A DNA stretch of 64,000 nt from an uncultured Chloroflexia bacterium (GCA_963700285.1 CAVOXA010000001.1:1024001-1088000); one strand, 5' to 3'; positions 29,155-42,079 are shown, counted from the first letter of the stretch. Notes: a model not told the origin generated them from the sequence alone. Numbers and translations: made by a program.

Positions 29155-30274
29155 ATGCAGCAGGGGCATATGCAGGAGATCAGCGAGCGGAGGGACCGCG
29201 GGGAACAGTACGGCCTCTACGGCCCGCTGGCGATCTTCAGCGGCACCGCCAACCCAGAACTGGCCCAGGAGATTGCCGACCGGCTGGAGCAAGCCCCTGG
29301 GCCAGGTGACCATTTGCCAGTTTGCCAACCAGAACATCTTTGCCAAACTGGATGAGAGCGTGCGCAGCAAAGACGTCTTTCTCATCCAGCCCACCTGCCC
29401 CGGGGTGAGGAATCGCAAGCACAAGACTGGCGAATGTGTAGTGGTCCCGGATCTGGTCGCTCGACTCCAACCGGACGAGTTCGAAGAAGTGCCCTCTTCG
29501 GTCAACGACAACATCCTCGAGCTGCTGGTACTGATCGACACGCTGCGACGTGATTCGGCGGGGCGCATTACGGCCGTGATCCCCTACTTTGCCTACGGCC
29601 GCACCGACAAAAAGGACCAGCCCCGTGTGCCCATCACGGCCCGTCTCATGGCCGACGTCATCGAGCGTGGCGGGGGCCAACCGGTTTCTGGTTATCGACC
29701 TTCACGCCGGGCAGATCCAGGGCTTCTTTGACATTCCCGGCGATGAACTGACCGCCCGGCACATCCTGGTGGACTATTTCCGAGACAAGGGGCATGCGCA
29801 ACGCCGTCGTCGTCGCCCCGGACATCGGCGCCAGCCGCCGGGCGCGCAACTTTGCCGAGAGACCTGGATCTGCCCCTGGCCATCATCGAGAAGCGGCGCA
29901 GCCAGGATGGCAGCGAGCACGCGCCAGCTCAATCTCATTGGTAACGTACAGGGCCAGCAATGCCATCATCTTTGACGACGAGATCGACACCGGGGGCACC
30001 ATCGCACAGGCGGCAGAGTTTGTGCGCCAGCGGGGGGCCCTGGATGTCTATGCCTGTGCCACTCACGCGCTTCTGTCACCGCCCGAGGGGGTGGAGAACA
30101 TGAAGGCGGCCAAACTGAAAGAATTGGTGGTCACCAACACCGTTTATCATCTCGCCCGAAAAGTGCCAGGCCCTGCAACCCTTCTTGCAAGTGCTGTCAG
30201 TGGCCGACCTGCTGGCCGAGGTGATCCGGCGCATCCACCTGGGCATTTCGGTTGGGGAGATGTTCAACGAGTAG
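29155..30274 (+). CDS. prs: Ribose-phosphate pyrophosphokinase; multiple frameshifts in this sequence
   Basis: [78 protein letters not shown]; stop TAG 30272-30274. Confidence 0.9.
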
Positions 30275-30337
30275 CCGGGCTCAGCGAAGGACAATCGTCC
30301 GAGCCAAGGCATAGTGCTAGAGGATATGATATCGTAA

Positions 30338-33300
30338 ATGCTAAAGGGATTGTTGAGTAAGGTCGTTGGCGACTCCAACGAACGGGAGGTACAGAAACTC
30401 CAGCCACTGGTGGCTGCCATCAACGGGCTGGAGCCCGAAATGGAACGGCGCACGGAGGCCGAACTCCGCGCACTTACGGACCAATTCCGGGACCGGCTGG
30501 CCGCTGGCGAGTCGCTGGACGACCTGCTGGTCGGAGGCCTTTGCCGTCGTGCGCGAGGTCGCCAAGCGCACGGTGGACATGCGCCCCTTTGACGTGCAGC
30601 TGATCGGCGGCATCGTCCTGCACCAGGGCAAGGTGGCCGAGATGAGGACCGGCGAGGGCAAGACGCTGGTGGCCACGATGCCCGTCTACCTGAACGCGCT
30701 GCTGGGCCGCGGCGTCCACCTGGTCACGGTCAACGATTACCTGGCCCGCCGCGATACCCTGTGGATGGCGCCCATCTATCACCTGCTGGGCCTCAGCGTC
30801 GGCCTGCTCCAGTCGGGCGCCGAGCAGCCGGCCTACCTCTACGATCCGGACTACCAGCGCGAGCCCTACCCCGGCCTGCGTCCCGTGCCGCGCAGGGAAG
30901 CCTACGCCGCCGACATCACCTATGGCACCAACAACGAGTTCGGTTTGACTACCTGCGCGACAACCTGGCCCTCACCCTGGAGCGGCCGCGTCCAGCGCCC
31001 CCTCTACTATGCCATCGTCGACGAGGTGGACAACATCTTTATCGACGAGGCGCGTACGCCGCTTTGATCATCTCCGGACCCTCGGGCGAACCGGTGGAGG
31101 AGTACGGCCGGTTCGCGGCCATCGCCCGCAAGCTGGAGCCAGAGGTCCACTACGAGCTGGACGAGAAAGAGCGTTCCGTCTATCCTCACCGACGAGGGCC
31201 TGGCCGTCGTCGAGCAAGAGACCGGCATCGAGAACATCTATGACGAGGCCAACTACCGCTACGTGCACTATATGCAGCAGGCGCTCAAGGCCCAGGTGCT
31301 CTTTTTCGAGGGCCGCGACTATATTCGGCAGCGCAAGCAGCATCATCCTCATCGACCAGCATACCGGCCGGCTCATGCCCAACCGCCGCCTGAGCGAGGG
31401 CCTGCACCAGGCCATCGAGGCCAAGGAAGGGCGTGCCCGTCCGCCCCGCGACGTGACCTCGGCCACCATCACCATCCAGAACTACTTTCGCATGTACGAA
31501 AAGCTGGCCGGCATGAGCGGTACGGCGGTCACCGAGGCCGAAGAGTTCTTCAAGATCTACAAGCTGGACGTGCTGTCCATTCCCACCAACAAGCCGGTCA
31601 TCCGCCAGGATCACTCGCGACGTTGTCTATCGCAGCGAGGAGGCCAAGCTGCGTGCCGTGGCCCGCGAGATCCTGACCTGCCACAGCCGGGGCCAGCCGG
31701 TGCTGGTGGGCACCACCTCGGTGGAAATGTCGGAGCGACTGAGCAACCGCCTCACCGGCGGAGCGGCTGCAGATGGCCGCCCTGGCCCCACGCATGGCCT
31801 ATGCCCTGCAGGATGCGGACCTGGACCGCGAAGAGCGCGACGCGCTGCGCGAGACGATGAACGCCAGCCTGGAGACCATGAACCCGGCTGCCTGGCGCAA
31901 GCTGGTGCGCGCCCTGGACCTGAATCCCAATGCACTGATCCGCGACAACCTGCGCTGGATCGCCGACTACCTGGAGCTGCCCGGACGAGCCGGCCGTCCA
32001 GCGGCGCGCTGGAACACGCCCTGCGCGACGGCATCGCCCACGAGGTGCTGAACGCCAAGGAGCACACCCGCGAGGCGACCATCATCGCCCGCGCTGGCGA
32101 GCCGGGGGCGGTGACCATCGCCACCAACATGGCCGGCCGTGGCGTGGACATCAAGCTGGGCGGCGAGCTGTCGGACGAGGTGATCCACCGGGCGCACCAG
32201 GCGCTCCGGGCACGGGGGCTGGACCCCTTCAGCGCCACACCGGCCCAGATGGACAGCGCCATCGCCGAGGTGGCGCCCCAGTACGCCAAGCATCGCGAAC
32301 AGGTGCTGGCGGCAGGCGGACTGCACGTCCTGGGCACCGAACGGCACGAGGCGCGGCGCATCGACAACCAGCTCCGGGGCCGCTCTGGGCGCCAGGGCGA
32401 GCCCGGCTCCTCGCGCTTTTACCTTTCGCTGGAAGACGACCTGATGCGCCGCTTTGGCCGCAAGGAGATGCTGTCCAAGCTGATGGAGCAGATCGGCGAC
32501 GACTTTCCCATCGAGCACAACCTGGTGAGCAAAACCATCGAGCGGGCGCAGACATCGGTCGAAGGCTACAACTTTGACATCCGCAAGCACCTGCTGGAGT
32601 ACGACGACGTCCTGAACCGCCAGCGCGAGACGATCTATGAAGAGCGGCTGCGCATTCTCAAGAGCGACGATCTGCGGCCCGAGGTCTGGCGGATGCTCGA
32701 ACGGCAGGTCGACGAGTACCTGGAAAAGTACGGCGAGGAGCCTGAGCAGCGCCGCCAGGTGTTTTCCGGCATGGACGATGTGGTGCCGCTGCTGCTGTCT
32801 GTGCCCAACGGACCCTTTCAGGGTCCCCTCGCTTTCAGCAACCACCTCACTGCTTTCCCACCTTTTACCGTCAGCTTTCTTGCCGAGCAGTTTGCGGATG
32901 GACCCTTGGAGGCAGTAGCCGAGACGCTCCGTGAGCTGGCCAACCGGGCCGCGGCCAGCTATGGCGAGCAGACGAGCCTCATGGTGGGCGAAATGGCTCA
33001 GGATGTCCTGGGCAAGTATGATGAGCAGCTTGAGTACTACCAGACGCTGCTTGACGAAAAAATCGCGGACTATGTGCAGGTGGCGGAGGAGCGGGGTGAG
33101 ATGCCAGATCTCCGCAGGCTGGCGCAGCACCTGGAGCGCACCTACCCCTTCAGACTCACCATGCCGCGAGGGCTCCAGCAAACGAGTCTGGACGACAACT
33201 CAGCGGAGCTTCGCGCTCACTGGCTGGCCGAGATCGAGGTAGAATTCCACCGCCAGATCTGCAACGGGTTCATGGACCGGACACAGATCCGGCTCCCCGC

Positions 33301-36300
33301 CGATGTCCAGCTAGACCGGCTGCGGCCTGCCCGGATTCCCGCTGCCAAATTGAGTGATGAGCTGCGACGCGTGCGCCAACTGGCCGCCAAGCAGCCCCGA
33401 GACGACGCTGGTCGCGAGCGGATGGATGCTTTGTCCCTTCCGGACAGCCCCGATGCCGCCCATGTATCGGACTTTGTGCGGGCGATCAAGGAGGCCAGCC
33501 GGCTCGACTATGGCCGGCTGGACCGCCTGGTGGGCCACGTACTGGGTGCCTACCTGGATGACTTGATGCGCCTCTACCTGGAGGCCGTGGGCGAAGGGGA
33601 GGGGCGCCTCCGGCGCGACTTGGAGGGCTTGCAGGCCTCTGTCGTTGAGGGCAAGAAAGGGAAGCGGGCCGCCGACCTGGTCGGTGTGCTGCGCCAGATG
33701 AACGATCTGGTTCACCTGGAGATCTCTGACCTGGAGCGCCTGCTGAGCCAGGCCCTGGCACACGAATACGACAAGTGGGCTCAGCGACAGTTGGCGGAGA
33801 TAGAGGCGGATGCCAGCCGGACGCCTCTCCAGGAAACCAGTTGGACGGGCATCGCCGAGCACATACTGGCTACTCATTACACCGAGCGGCAGGTCTACGA
33901 TCGCGCGCACCGGCGTCACTCTGCCTGGCTGCCGCGGTTGCCCCTTGGCTACATGGCCCAGAGCCAGGTGGAGGACATGGATGTTGACATGCTGCGCGGT
34001 GCGATCCTGGCCTCGCTACACTGGGTCCTGGAGCAACGAGAGCAGGTCTGGGGCCGCAAGGAGTTCCAGCGTTGGGAGCGCCTCTCAGCGGATGATCTGG
34101 ATGAAGGGATGCTTGAGGGTCTGACGCGCTATCTTGGCGAGCAACAACTGGGCGATCAGCGAGAGCTACCCGTGGAGGATCTGTCGTCTGATCTCTATGA
34201 TCGCTTGCGATTTGTGCTGGCCTTGCGCCGGTGGGAGGAACGCGACCTGCGCCTGGGCGGTCTTCCCCAGGCGGACAGACTTCTGGACCATCTGGGGCAG
34301 GCGCTGAAGGAAGAGATCCTCGCCACCCCCATCGGAGAGTTGGATGCCCAAGTGCAGGAGCGCATTGTCACCTATCTGCGCCAGGGCGGGTTCCTGGATG
34401 ACCAGACTCTGCGGACCAAGCTCGTGGGGCAGCACATTGGCAATTGGGATCCGCGAACCCAGGACGAAGTTGCTGGATTGCTGGGACAGGCGTTCATTGC
34501 TGAGCATGCTGAGAACTCCTTCATCGACCTTGATCCGGCTGCTCGTGACGTTGGTCTTGCCTATTTGCAGCGCCAGCGACGCTTTGTTGATGAGGCTTGC
34601 GTGCAACGTTTCCTGGTCTATGAGGGGCTGGGCGACCTGCCGCCTGAGACACAGGCGGCTGTGCTCTCCCAACTGTCCCGCTCCCGGCTGGATCGGGTTA
34701 GCCGGCGCAAGATTGCCAACTTGGATGTCAAGATCCGGCAGGAGGTGATCGGGTCGCTGCAGAGACAGGGTCTCTTTACCGACCAGCGCCGGCGCGAGGG
34801 GGTACTGTCAGAAGCAAGCTCCTTGCGTCATTTGGAGCCGGATGTGCGGTCAGGCTTTGGCGCCTTCCTGGCCCGCCAGGCACTAGGTGATGGGAGTCTG
34901 AATGACCTGGACGGAGATACCCGCGAGTACGTTCTGGCCCAGCTCAAACAAAGTGGGTTTCTTGTCGATCCTGCGCTGGAAAAGGGTCTGGAATCAAGAC
35001 GGCTTGGCGAGCTGGAGGCCGGAACCGACGGGAACCCCGATGGCTCTGCCGCAGCGCGGATCCGGGCTGACCTCGTGGCCGAGGCCCTCAGCGATCTGGC
35101 TGTCAAGACCATGGAAGAACTACCTGCCGAGATCCGCCAGTTGGTGCACGATGCGCTCGATGAGCGCAACTATTTTGTGGACCAGGAAAAAGTTGGCTGG
35201 TACGAGCGAAAGACGCTGGCCCAGCTCCCCATCGAGTCTATGCATGGCCTGGAGCAAAGCCTGGGGCAGGTCCGGCTGGCCGAGATCGCCGATATACCTT
35301 TCCGGGATCTGCCATCGGAGATGAAGCAATCGCTGCTGGACTTTTTTGACGGCGCCGGGCTACTGAGCGAGCGTGCCGGGCGCCTGCGCCTAACCCAGGC
35401 CGGCACGTTGCAGGAGCTTTCGGACGCGGACCGCGACGAGGTCGCCCGGTATCTGGGTCGGCAGTGGCTGGTCCAGATTCGCGATCAGCGTCCGCCTGCC
35501 CTGCCAGAGAGGGACTACGAGATCGTGTGGAGCTACCTGCGTGCTCAGGGCCAGTTTTCTGACGAGTTTAAGGAAGAGCTGTTTGCATACCAACGATTGA
35601 GTGAGTTCGATGAGGAGACCCGCGGGGCCATAGAGCGCGCTGTAGTGGACCGTCTCACCTCAACCCTACTCTCCCAGCCGATTGGCGACCTGCCGCCCGA
35701 TCTGCAGAACAGCATCCGGGAGCGGCTGGTTGTGTCCGACTATTTCGTTGACGCGGAGCGCCTGCACCAGCTAGAGACTGTGGCGTTGCAGAGCCTGCCC
35801 CCTGACCAGCGGCAGGCAGTGGAAGGAGCCCTGGGCGGATACATCCTCTCCGAACTGGAAGCCATGTCTATCGACGAGCTGTCGCCTGATACCCAGGCCG
35901 CGCTGTGGCGCTATCTGGACGAGGTGGGCTACCTGGTAGACGAGCGGACGCGCAGCAAGTACCTGGACCGCCCTCTGGCTGACCTGGGAAGTGATGTCTA
36001 CGATGCGGTAGTCTCTGACCTGGCTGCGGGCTTTGAAGAGGAGATCGGTGACCAGCCTGTCTCAGCGCTGGATGACAACCTTCGCCAGGGCCTGCGGGAG
36101 GCACTGGAGGCGATGGGCTTCTTTGAGAGCGATGAGGTTCGCGAACAGGTTCTTGCCCAGCCCCTGGGAACCCTGAGGCGGGAGGACCTGGAAACGCTTG
36201 CCACCGAGTTTGGCCGGATGCGGCTGGATGCCTGGACAGGCCAGCGCCTGAGCGATCTGCCGACGGAGGAGCGGGATGCGGTGCTCGCGTACCTTCAGGC

Positions 36301-36964
36301 CCGGGGCTGGTTCCTGGACCAGAATCGGCTCCAAAGCCTGCAATCACTGCGCCTGGGCGACTTGGATGGTTCAGCAGGGGTATTCCCGAATGGCCAGCCT
36401 ACTCCCGCCGGCCTACAGAGAGATCTGGCTGATACGCTCTGCCGCCAGCAGGTCGAGCAGCTACGCCGGCAGCGCCTCGCGACCCTTGATGGGGACGAGC
36501 GACGCACGGTCCTTGAAGTTCTGAGAGAGCAGGGGGCCGTACTGCCAGAGGACCAGATGCGTCCCCTACGGCGCAGGCGAGTCAGAGAGCTGGATCAGGA
36601 TACCTACCATGATCTGCTCCAAAGTCTGGGGGAGGATGTGGTGGACCAGTGGGGCTCGGTCCAGTTCCAGGAGCTTGAGGACGATCAGCAGTCGCTCCTC
36701 AGCGCCTACCTGGGGCGGCAGATTATGGGCCGTATCGAGAGCCGAGTGCTGTTGTACACCATCAGCCGTTTGTGGATCGGCTATCTGACCGACATTGAGG
36801 ATCTGCGCCGGGGCATTGGGCTGGAGGCCTATGGCCAGCGAGACCCGTTGGTGGAGTACAAACGCCGCGCCTTTGAGCTATTCGGGGAACTGGGGGACAA
36901 TATCCGGAGAACTGCGGTCCGCTCCCTGTTCCAACAGCCTCCACAACCGCTGCGCGGCCAGTGA
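30338..36964 (+). CDS. secA: Preprotein translocase SecA, giant (~2200 aa) with a large repetitive insertion; N-terminal half frameshifted
   Basis: [97 protein letters not shown]; C-terminal [20 protein letters not shown]. Confidence 0.93.
34070..36720 (+). repeat. About 12 degenerate ~62-65-aa tandem protein repeats within SecA
   Basis: Recurring [P/R]LxDLxxxxRxxVxxYLxxxG[F/Y][F/L]xD motif: GGFLDD, RRFVDE, GLFTDQ, GFLVDP, NYFVDQ, GLLSER, GQFSDE, DYFVDA, GYLVDE, GFFESD, GWFLDQ, GAVLPE, on average ~195 nt apart. Confidence 0.85.
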
Positions 36965-37013
36965 TCGTGTACGTCGAGTTGATTCGGTAGCCGATGGTCA
37001 ATTGGAGGGCAAC

Positions 37014-37916
37014 ATGGCGATAGCGACGTTCGCGGAGCTGCTGGACGTAGCCAGGTCCAAGGGACCCAAAACGGTGGCTGTCGCGGCCGGCCACCAATCA
37101 GAGATCATGCTGGCCGGTCTTGATGCCGAAATGGCTGGCCTGGCCGAAGTCATTCTGGTGGGCGACAGCGACATGATCCGCCAGATTGCGGTCCAGCAAG
37201 GCTTTGACATCTCGCGCATGGAGGTGATCCACCAATCCCAACCGAGCGAGGCCGCCTGGCAGGTGATGAAACTGGTCAGCGATGGACAGGCTGACATTGC
37301 CATGAAAGGCAGGGTCGAGACCAGTGACTTTTTGCGCGCCGCTCTGAGCAAGGAGTTGGGACTGCGAACCGGACGTCTGTTCACCCACGTTGCGGTCTTT
37401 GAGATCCCCGGCTTTGATCGGCTGATCTTTATCAGTGATGCCGGGGTTGTCGTTGCGCCGGACCTGGAGCAGAAGGTTCAGATCGTGCAGAACGCCATCG
37501 ACGTGGCCCACAGGCTGCGGATCGACCTGCCCCGGGTCGCTGTTCTTGCCGCCACTGAGGTGGTGAACCCCAAGATCCCAACGACCCTGGATGCGGCCAA
37601 CCTGTCAAAGATGGCGGATCGGGGCCAGATCAAAGGCGGGCTGGTAGACGGGCCCCTGGCGCTGGACAACGCCATCTCGCCCGAATCGGCGCGGATCAAA
37701 GGCATCAAGAGCGAGGTCGCGGGCTATGCCGACATCCTCATCGCACCGGATATCGAGGCCGGCAATGTGCTGGCCAAGGCCATCACCTACTTTGCCCAGG
37801 GCAAGATGGCAGGAGTTGTCGTGGGCGCTCGTTGTCCTCTGATTCTGCCCTCTCGGTCGGACACACGTGAGGCCAAGCTGGTCTCACTGGCGCTGGGGGT
37901 CATGCTGGCCCCGTGA
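37014..37916 (+). CDS. ptb: Phosphate butyryltransferase (PTA/PTB family), paralog 1
   Basis: MKGRVET, ISDAGV, VAVLAATEVVNPK, DGPLALDNAIS, PDIEAGNVLAK, PSRSD. Confidence 0.88.
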   Translation: MAIATFAELLDVARSKGPKTVAVAAGHQSEIMLAGLDAEMAGLAEVILVGDSDMIRQIAVQQGFDISRMEVIHQSQPSEAAWQVMKLVSDGQADIAMKGRVETSDFLRAALSKELGLRTGRLFTHVAVFEIPGFDRLIFISDAGVVVAPDLEQKVQIVQNAIDVAHRLRIDLPRVAVLAATEVVNPKIPTTLDAANLSKMADRGQIKGGLVDGPLALDNAISPESARIKGIKSEVAGYADILIAPDIEAGNVLAKAITYFAQGKMAGVVVGARCPLILPSRSDTREAKLVSLALGVMLAP

Positions 37917-38786
37917 AGGAGTCGCCGTGCCCTGGCAGCTCGGTTCGGCCGAACTCAGGCGGTTCGGGCCTGCTCGACCCAGGTGGATCGCTGCCGCTCA
38001 ACTCGGGAGTTACGATCTTTACCGGGCGTTTTGGCAGCGGCAAGACCGAGACGGCCATCAACTATACCCTTATGCTGGTGGAGGGTTCAGTACTGGGTGC
38101 TCCGGGCCGGGTATCTCCGGTCAGCCAGCTATCAAACCAGCAGCCTCGGCGCTTGCCCGGCGCCTTGCTGATCGACTTGGACATTGTGACTCCCTATTTT
38201 CGCTCGCGAGAATTGGCTGAGGCGATGCTGGAAGCGGGGGTGTCCGTGATCACGCCATCTGTCGATCGGCCAGCACCTGGACATGCCCGCCATCACGCCC
38301 GAGATTCTGGGGGCCATCCAGCAGTTCGAGCTGCCGGTGGTTTTGGACGTGGGCGGCGACCGGCAGGGCGCCCGGGCGCTGGGACAGTTTAGCGCAGCCA
38401 TCGGCATGCATCGTCACGGGCGCGGTGTACGCATGCACTTTGTGGTGAACCCCTACCGGCCCTTCACCGACACGCTGGATGGACTGGCCGACTCCATCGC
38501 CGAGATTGAGGCCAGCTCCCGCCTGCAGATCACCAGCCTGGTCAGCAACCCCAACCTGATGCATGAGACGACGGCTGCAACCATCATCGAGGGTCACGCA
38601 GAGATCAAAGAATTCGCGAGGGCATTGGGATTACCCATCGCTTTTGTTTGTGTCGAGCGCCGCTGGACTACTCAGCCGGGAGCCCATAAGCAAACGAGTT
38701 CCGTCTTGTCCCACTTGACCCAGCCAGTGCTGGTTCTGGATCGCCATTTCGTCCATGCCCTGGGAGTAGGGAGAAGCCGCCGGTGA
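37913..38786 (+). CDS. P-loop ATP-binding protein of ptb/vor clusters; one frameshift near 38265-38280
   Basis: TGRFGSGKTE.AIN, DLDIVTPYFRSRE, DMPAI, LDVGGD..GARALG, VVNPYRPFT, NPNL..ETT. Confidence 0.72.
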
Positions 38787-38811
38787 GGGCAGAAAGCTGA
38801 GAGAAGGGAAT

Positions 38812-39717
38812 ATGACCATTCGCAACTTTGCGCAGCTGATGGCAATGGCTATGACCGTGCTCCAAAGCGCGTGGCCATCGTCGGTGGTGGCCAGCGACAG
38901 ACCCTGCACGCCGTGCGCCTGGCGCGTGCCATGGGTTTGGCGGACTGCATCCTGATCGACGATCGCACTCGTCTCAACGACATCGCCGGGGAACAGGGCA
39001 TCGAGCTTGCGGGCATGGAGATCGTCGAGGAAGGCGATATGGTTGAGGCCGCCTACAAGGCTGTGGCGATGATCCACGCCGACGAGGCCGATCTGGTGAT
39101 GAATGGCCGGGCGCTGCCGGTGGAGTTGATGCAGGCAGCCCTCGATCGGCGAAAAGGGGTTGCGCATCGGCAAGGTGATCAGCGACGTGAGCGTCTTCGA
39201 GATCCCCGACTTTGACCGGCTGATCTTTGTCAGCGACGTGGCCATTATCGTCTCGCCCACTCTGGCGCAAAAGGTGGCCATCGTGCAGAATGCCATCGAC
39301 ACGGCCATCGAGCTGGGCATCGATCGAGCCCAAGGTGGCCATCCTGGCCGCCACCGAGATGGTCAACCCCGAGATGCCGGCCAACATGGATGCCGCCAAC
39401 CTGTCCAAGATGGCCGAGCGGGGCCAGATCCGGGGTGGCTTCGTGGATGGGCCACTGGCGTTGGACAATGCCATTTCGCTCAAAGGCCGCGGAGATGAAG
39501 GGCATCAACAGCCCGAGTCGCTGGCCACGCCGACATCCTGATCACTCCCGACGTGGAATCGGGCAACATCCTGGCCAAGGCCATCTCCTATTTTGCCCAG
39601 GGCCACATGGCCGGCGTCGTGGTGGGCGCCAAGTGCCCCATCGTCATGCCTTCGCGCTCCGATCCACCGGAGCAAAAGATGCTGTCCCTGGCTCTGGGTG
39701 TGTACCTGTCCAGGTAG
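38812..39717 (+). CDS. ptb: Phosphate butyryltransferase, paralog 2; frameshifted
   Basis: Fragments: FEIPDFDRLIFVSD, ILAATEMVNP, DGPLALDNAIS, PDVESGNILAK, PSRSD; clearly similar to paralog 1. Confidence 0.8.
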
Positions 39718-39794
39718 GTCAAATTGGCAATCGCGCAGAGTGGCAGAACCGCAGGAGCGCATCGGCAGCGTACTGCCCAAGGAGCTTGCAGACC

Positions 39795-40031
39795 ATGAGC
39801 CATATCGTCATCGATCGAGGATCGATGCAAGGGCTGCGAACTGTGCACGACGGTCTGCCCACAGGGCGATCTGGTGCAGATGGCCAACCACTTTAACGTC
39901 AAGGGGTACCGGCCCTTCGGTCTTTGTCGATCCGGACGCACGCTGCACCGGCTGCACGCTGTGCGCCATGATGTGTCCGGATATGGTCATCACTGTGTAC
40001 CGGACACCCAAGAAAGAAGCGGCAGATGTGA
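39795..40031 (+). CDS. 2x[4Fe-4S] ferredoxin (delta subunit of 2-oxoacid:ferredoxin oxidoreductase); frameshifted, end approximate
   Basis: MSHIVID..., CKGCELCTTVCPQ, FNVKGYRP, CTGCTLCAMMCPD. Confidence 0.8.
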
Positions 40032-40110
40032 CGCGCTGTAACTGGTACAGCCTCGTGGTACGCGCTGAGCAGGGTTCGTTGCGTAGGTATCTGTGGAAAG
40101 GATGGAAGCC

Positions 40111-41281
40111 ATGAAAGTACTGATGAAAGGCAACGAAGCCATCGCCGAGGCCGCCATCCGCGCCGGCTGCGAGGCCTATTTTGGCTATCCCATCACCCCC
40201 CAGACCGAGGTACTGGAGTATATGTCGCGCCGGATGCCAGAGCTGGGCCGGGCCTTTGTCCAGGCCGAGAGCGAGCTGGGCGCCATCAACATGGTCTACG
40301 GCGCGGCCTGCACCGGCGCCCGGGTGATGACCACCACCTCCAGCCCTGGCTACAGCCTGATGCAGGAGGGCATCTCCTACATCGCCATGTCCTTTGTGCC
40401 CGTGCGTCATCGTCAACATCATGCGCGGTGGCCCGGGCCTGGGCAATATCCAGCCCGCCCAGGGCGACTATTTCCAGATGACCAAGGGCGGCGGTCACGG
40501 CGACTATAACCTCATCGTCCTGGCGCCCTCGACGGTGCAGGAGACGGTGGACCTGGTCATCGAGGCCTTTGATCTGGCCGACAAGTACCTCCAGCCGGTG
40601 ACCGTCATTGCCGACGGCATGATCGGCCAGATCATGGAGCCGGTCGAGTTCCCAGAGACTGGCAAGAGCCAGAGCGGCCAGAGCATCCCTGGGCACTGAC
40701 CGGCGCCAAGGGCCGCGAGCAAGAACGTCATCACCTCTCTGTTTCTGGGCGCCCAGAATCTGGAGCGGGAGAACCTCAAGCTCCAGCAGATCATCGCAGA
40801 GATCAGGGCCAACGAGGTTCGCTACGCCGAGTACATGATGGACGGCGCCGAGATCGTGGTCGTGGCCTACGGCACGGCCGGGCGCATCGTCCAGACAGCG
40901 GTCAAGCAGGCGCGGGCCGAGGGCATTCCGGTCGGCCTCTTCCGGCCCATCTCCATGTTCCCCTTCCCCTACGACCGCCTGGACGAGATTGCCCAGGCAG
41001 TCACGACAATATCCTGGTGGTGGAGCTGAGCGCCGGCCAGATGATCGAGGATGTGCGGCTGGCTACCCAATGGCCGCGTACCCATCTCCTTCTATGGCAA
41101 GATGGGCGGCATCGTGCCCCTGCCCGAGGATGTCCTGGAGGAGATCAGCAAGCTGGCTGAAGACCCGACGAGCGTTGCTGGAAGGCCACAACTGTCCAGC
41201 CCAGCGCTTGCACTTTCTGGCAGTGAGCTGGAGCCGCTCAGGCTGGTACCATGGAGGAGTAGCCATGACACAAGAAGCTGA
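40111..41281 (+). CDS. vorB: 2-oxoacid:ferredoxin oxidoreductase alpha subunit (VorB-type, branched-chain); frameshifted, end approximate
   Basis: [79 protein letters not shown]. Confidence 0.85.
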
Positions 41282-42079
41282 ACTGGTCTTTGACCGACCC
41301 GAGTCCCTGTCGGACGTGGTGACCCACTACTGCCCTGGCTGCATCCACGGCATCGTCCACCGGCTGATCGCCGAGGTGATGGACGAACTGGGCATCCGCG
41401 AGCGGACGGTGGGCATCGCGCCGGTGGGCTGCTCGGTGCTGGCCTACAACTACTTTGAGTGCGACTTTGCCGAGGCAGCCCACGGCCGGGCGCCGGCCAT
41501 GGCCACCGGCATCAAGCGCGCCAATCCCGATCTGATCGTCTTTACCTACCAGGGCGACGGCGACCTGGCCTCCATCGGCACCAACGAACTGATCCACGCG
41601 GCCGCCCGGGGCGAGAACATCACCACCGTCTTTATCAACAACGCCGTGTATGGCATGACCGGCGGGCAGATGGCGCCGACGACCCTGCCCGGCATGGTCA
41701 CCACCTCGTCGCCCTACGGCCGCGACGTCAAGACCCAGGGCTATCCGGTCCGCGTCTGCGAGTTGGTCTCCCAGCTGGATGGAGCTGCCTATATCGTGCG
41801 GCGCACGGCCCACAAACCGGCCGAGGTGCGCAAGCTGCGCAAGGCGCTCAAGACCGCCTTCCAGGTGCAGATGGCCGGGCTGGGCTTCTCGCTGGTCGAG
41901 GTGTTGTCCAACTGCCCCACCAACTGGGGCATGACGCCCAAGGAATCGCTCAAGTTCGTCGAGGAGCGGATGGTTCCCTACTATCCCCTGGGCGACTACA
42001 AGGTCGTTGAGGGCAGTCAAGAACCTTTCGAAATCGCTAGCTGCGAGCCCAGTCGCCGCTTGCGATTGAGGAGCAGACC

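Noticed and set aside
32660-36720. Intein or mobile element inserted in secA
   Set aside because: No C/S...HN splice motifs, LAGLIDADG endonuclease, transposase or terminal repeats; the insert is a helical tandem repeat.
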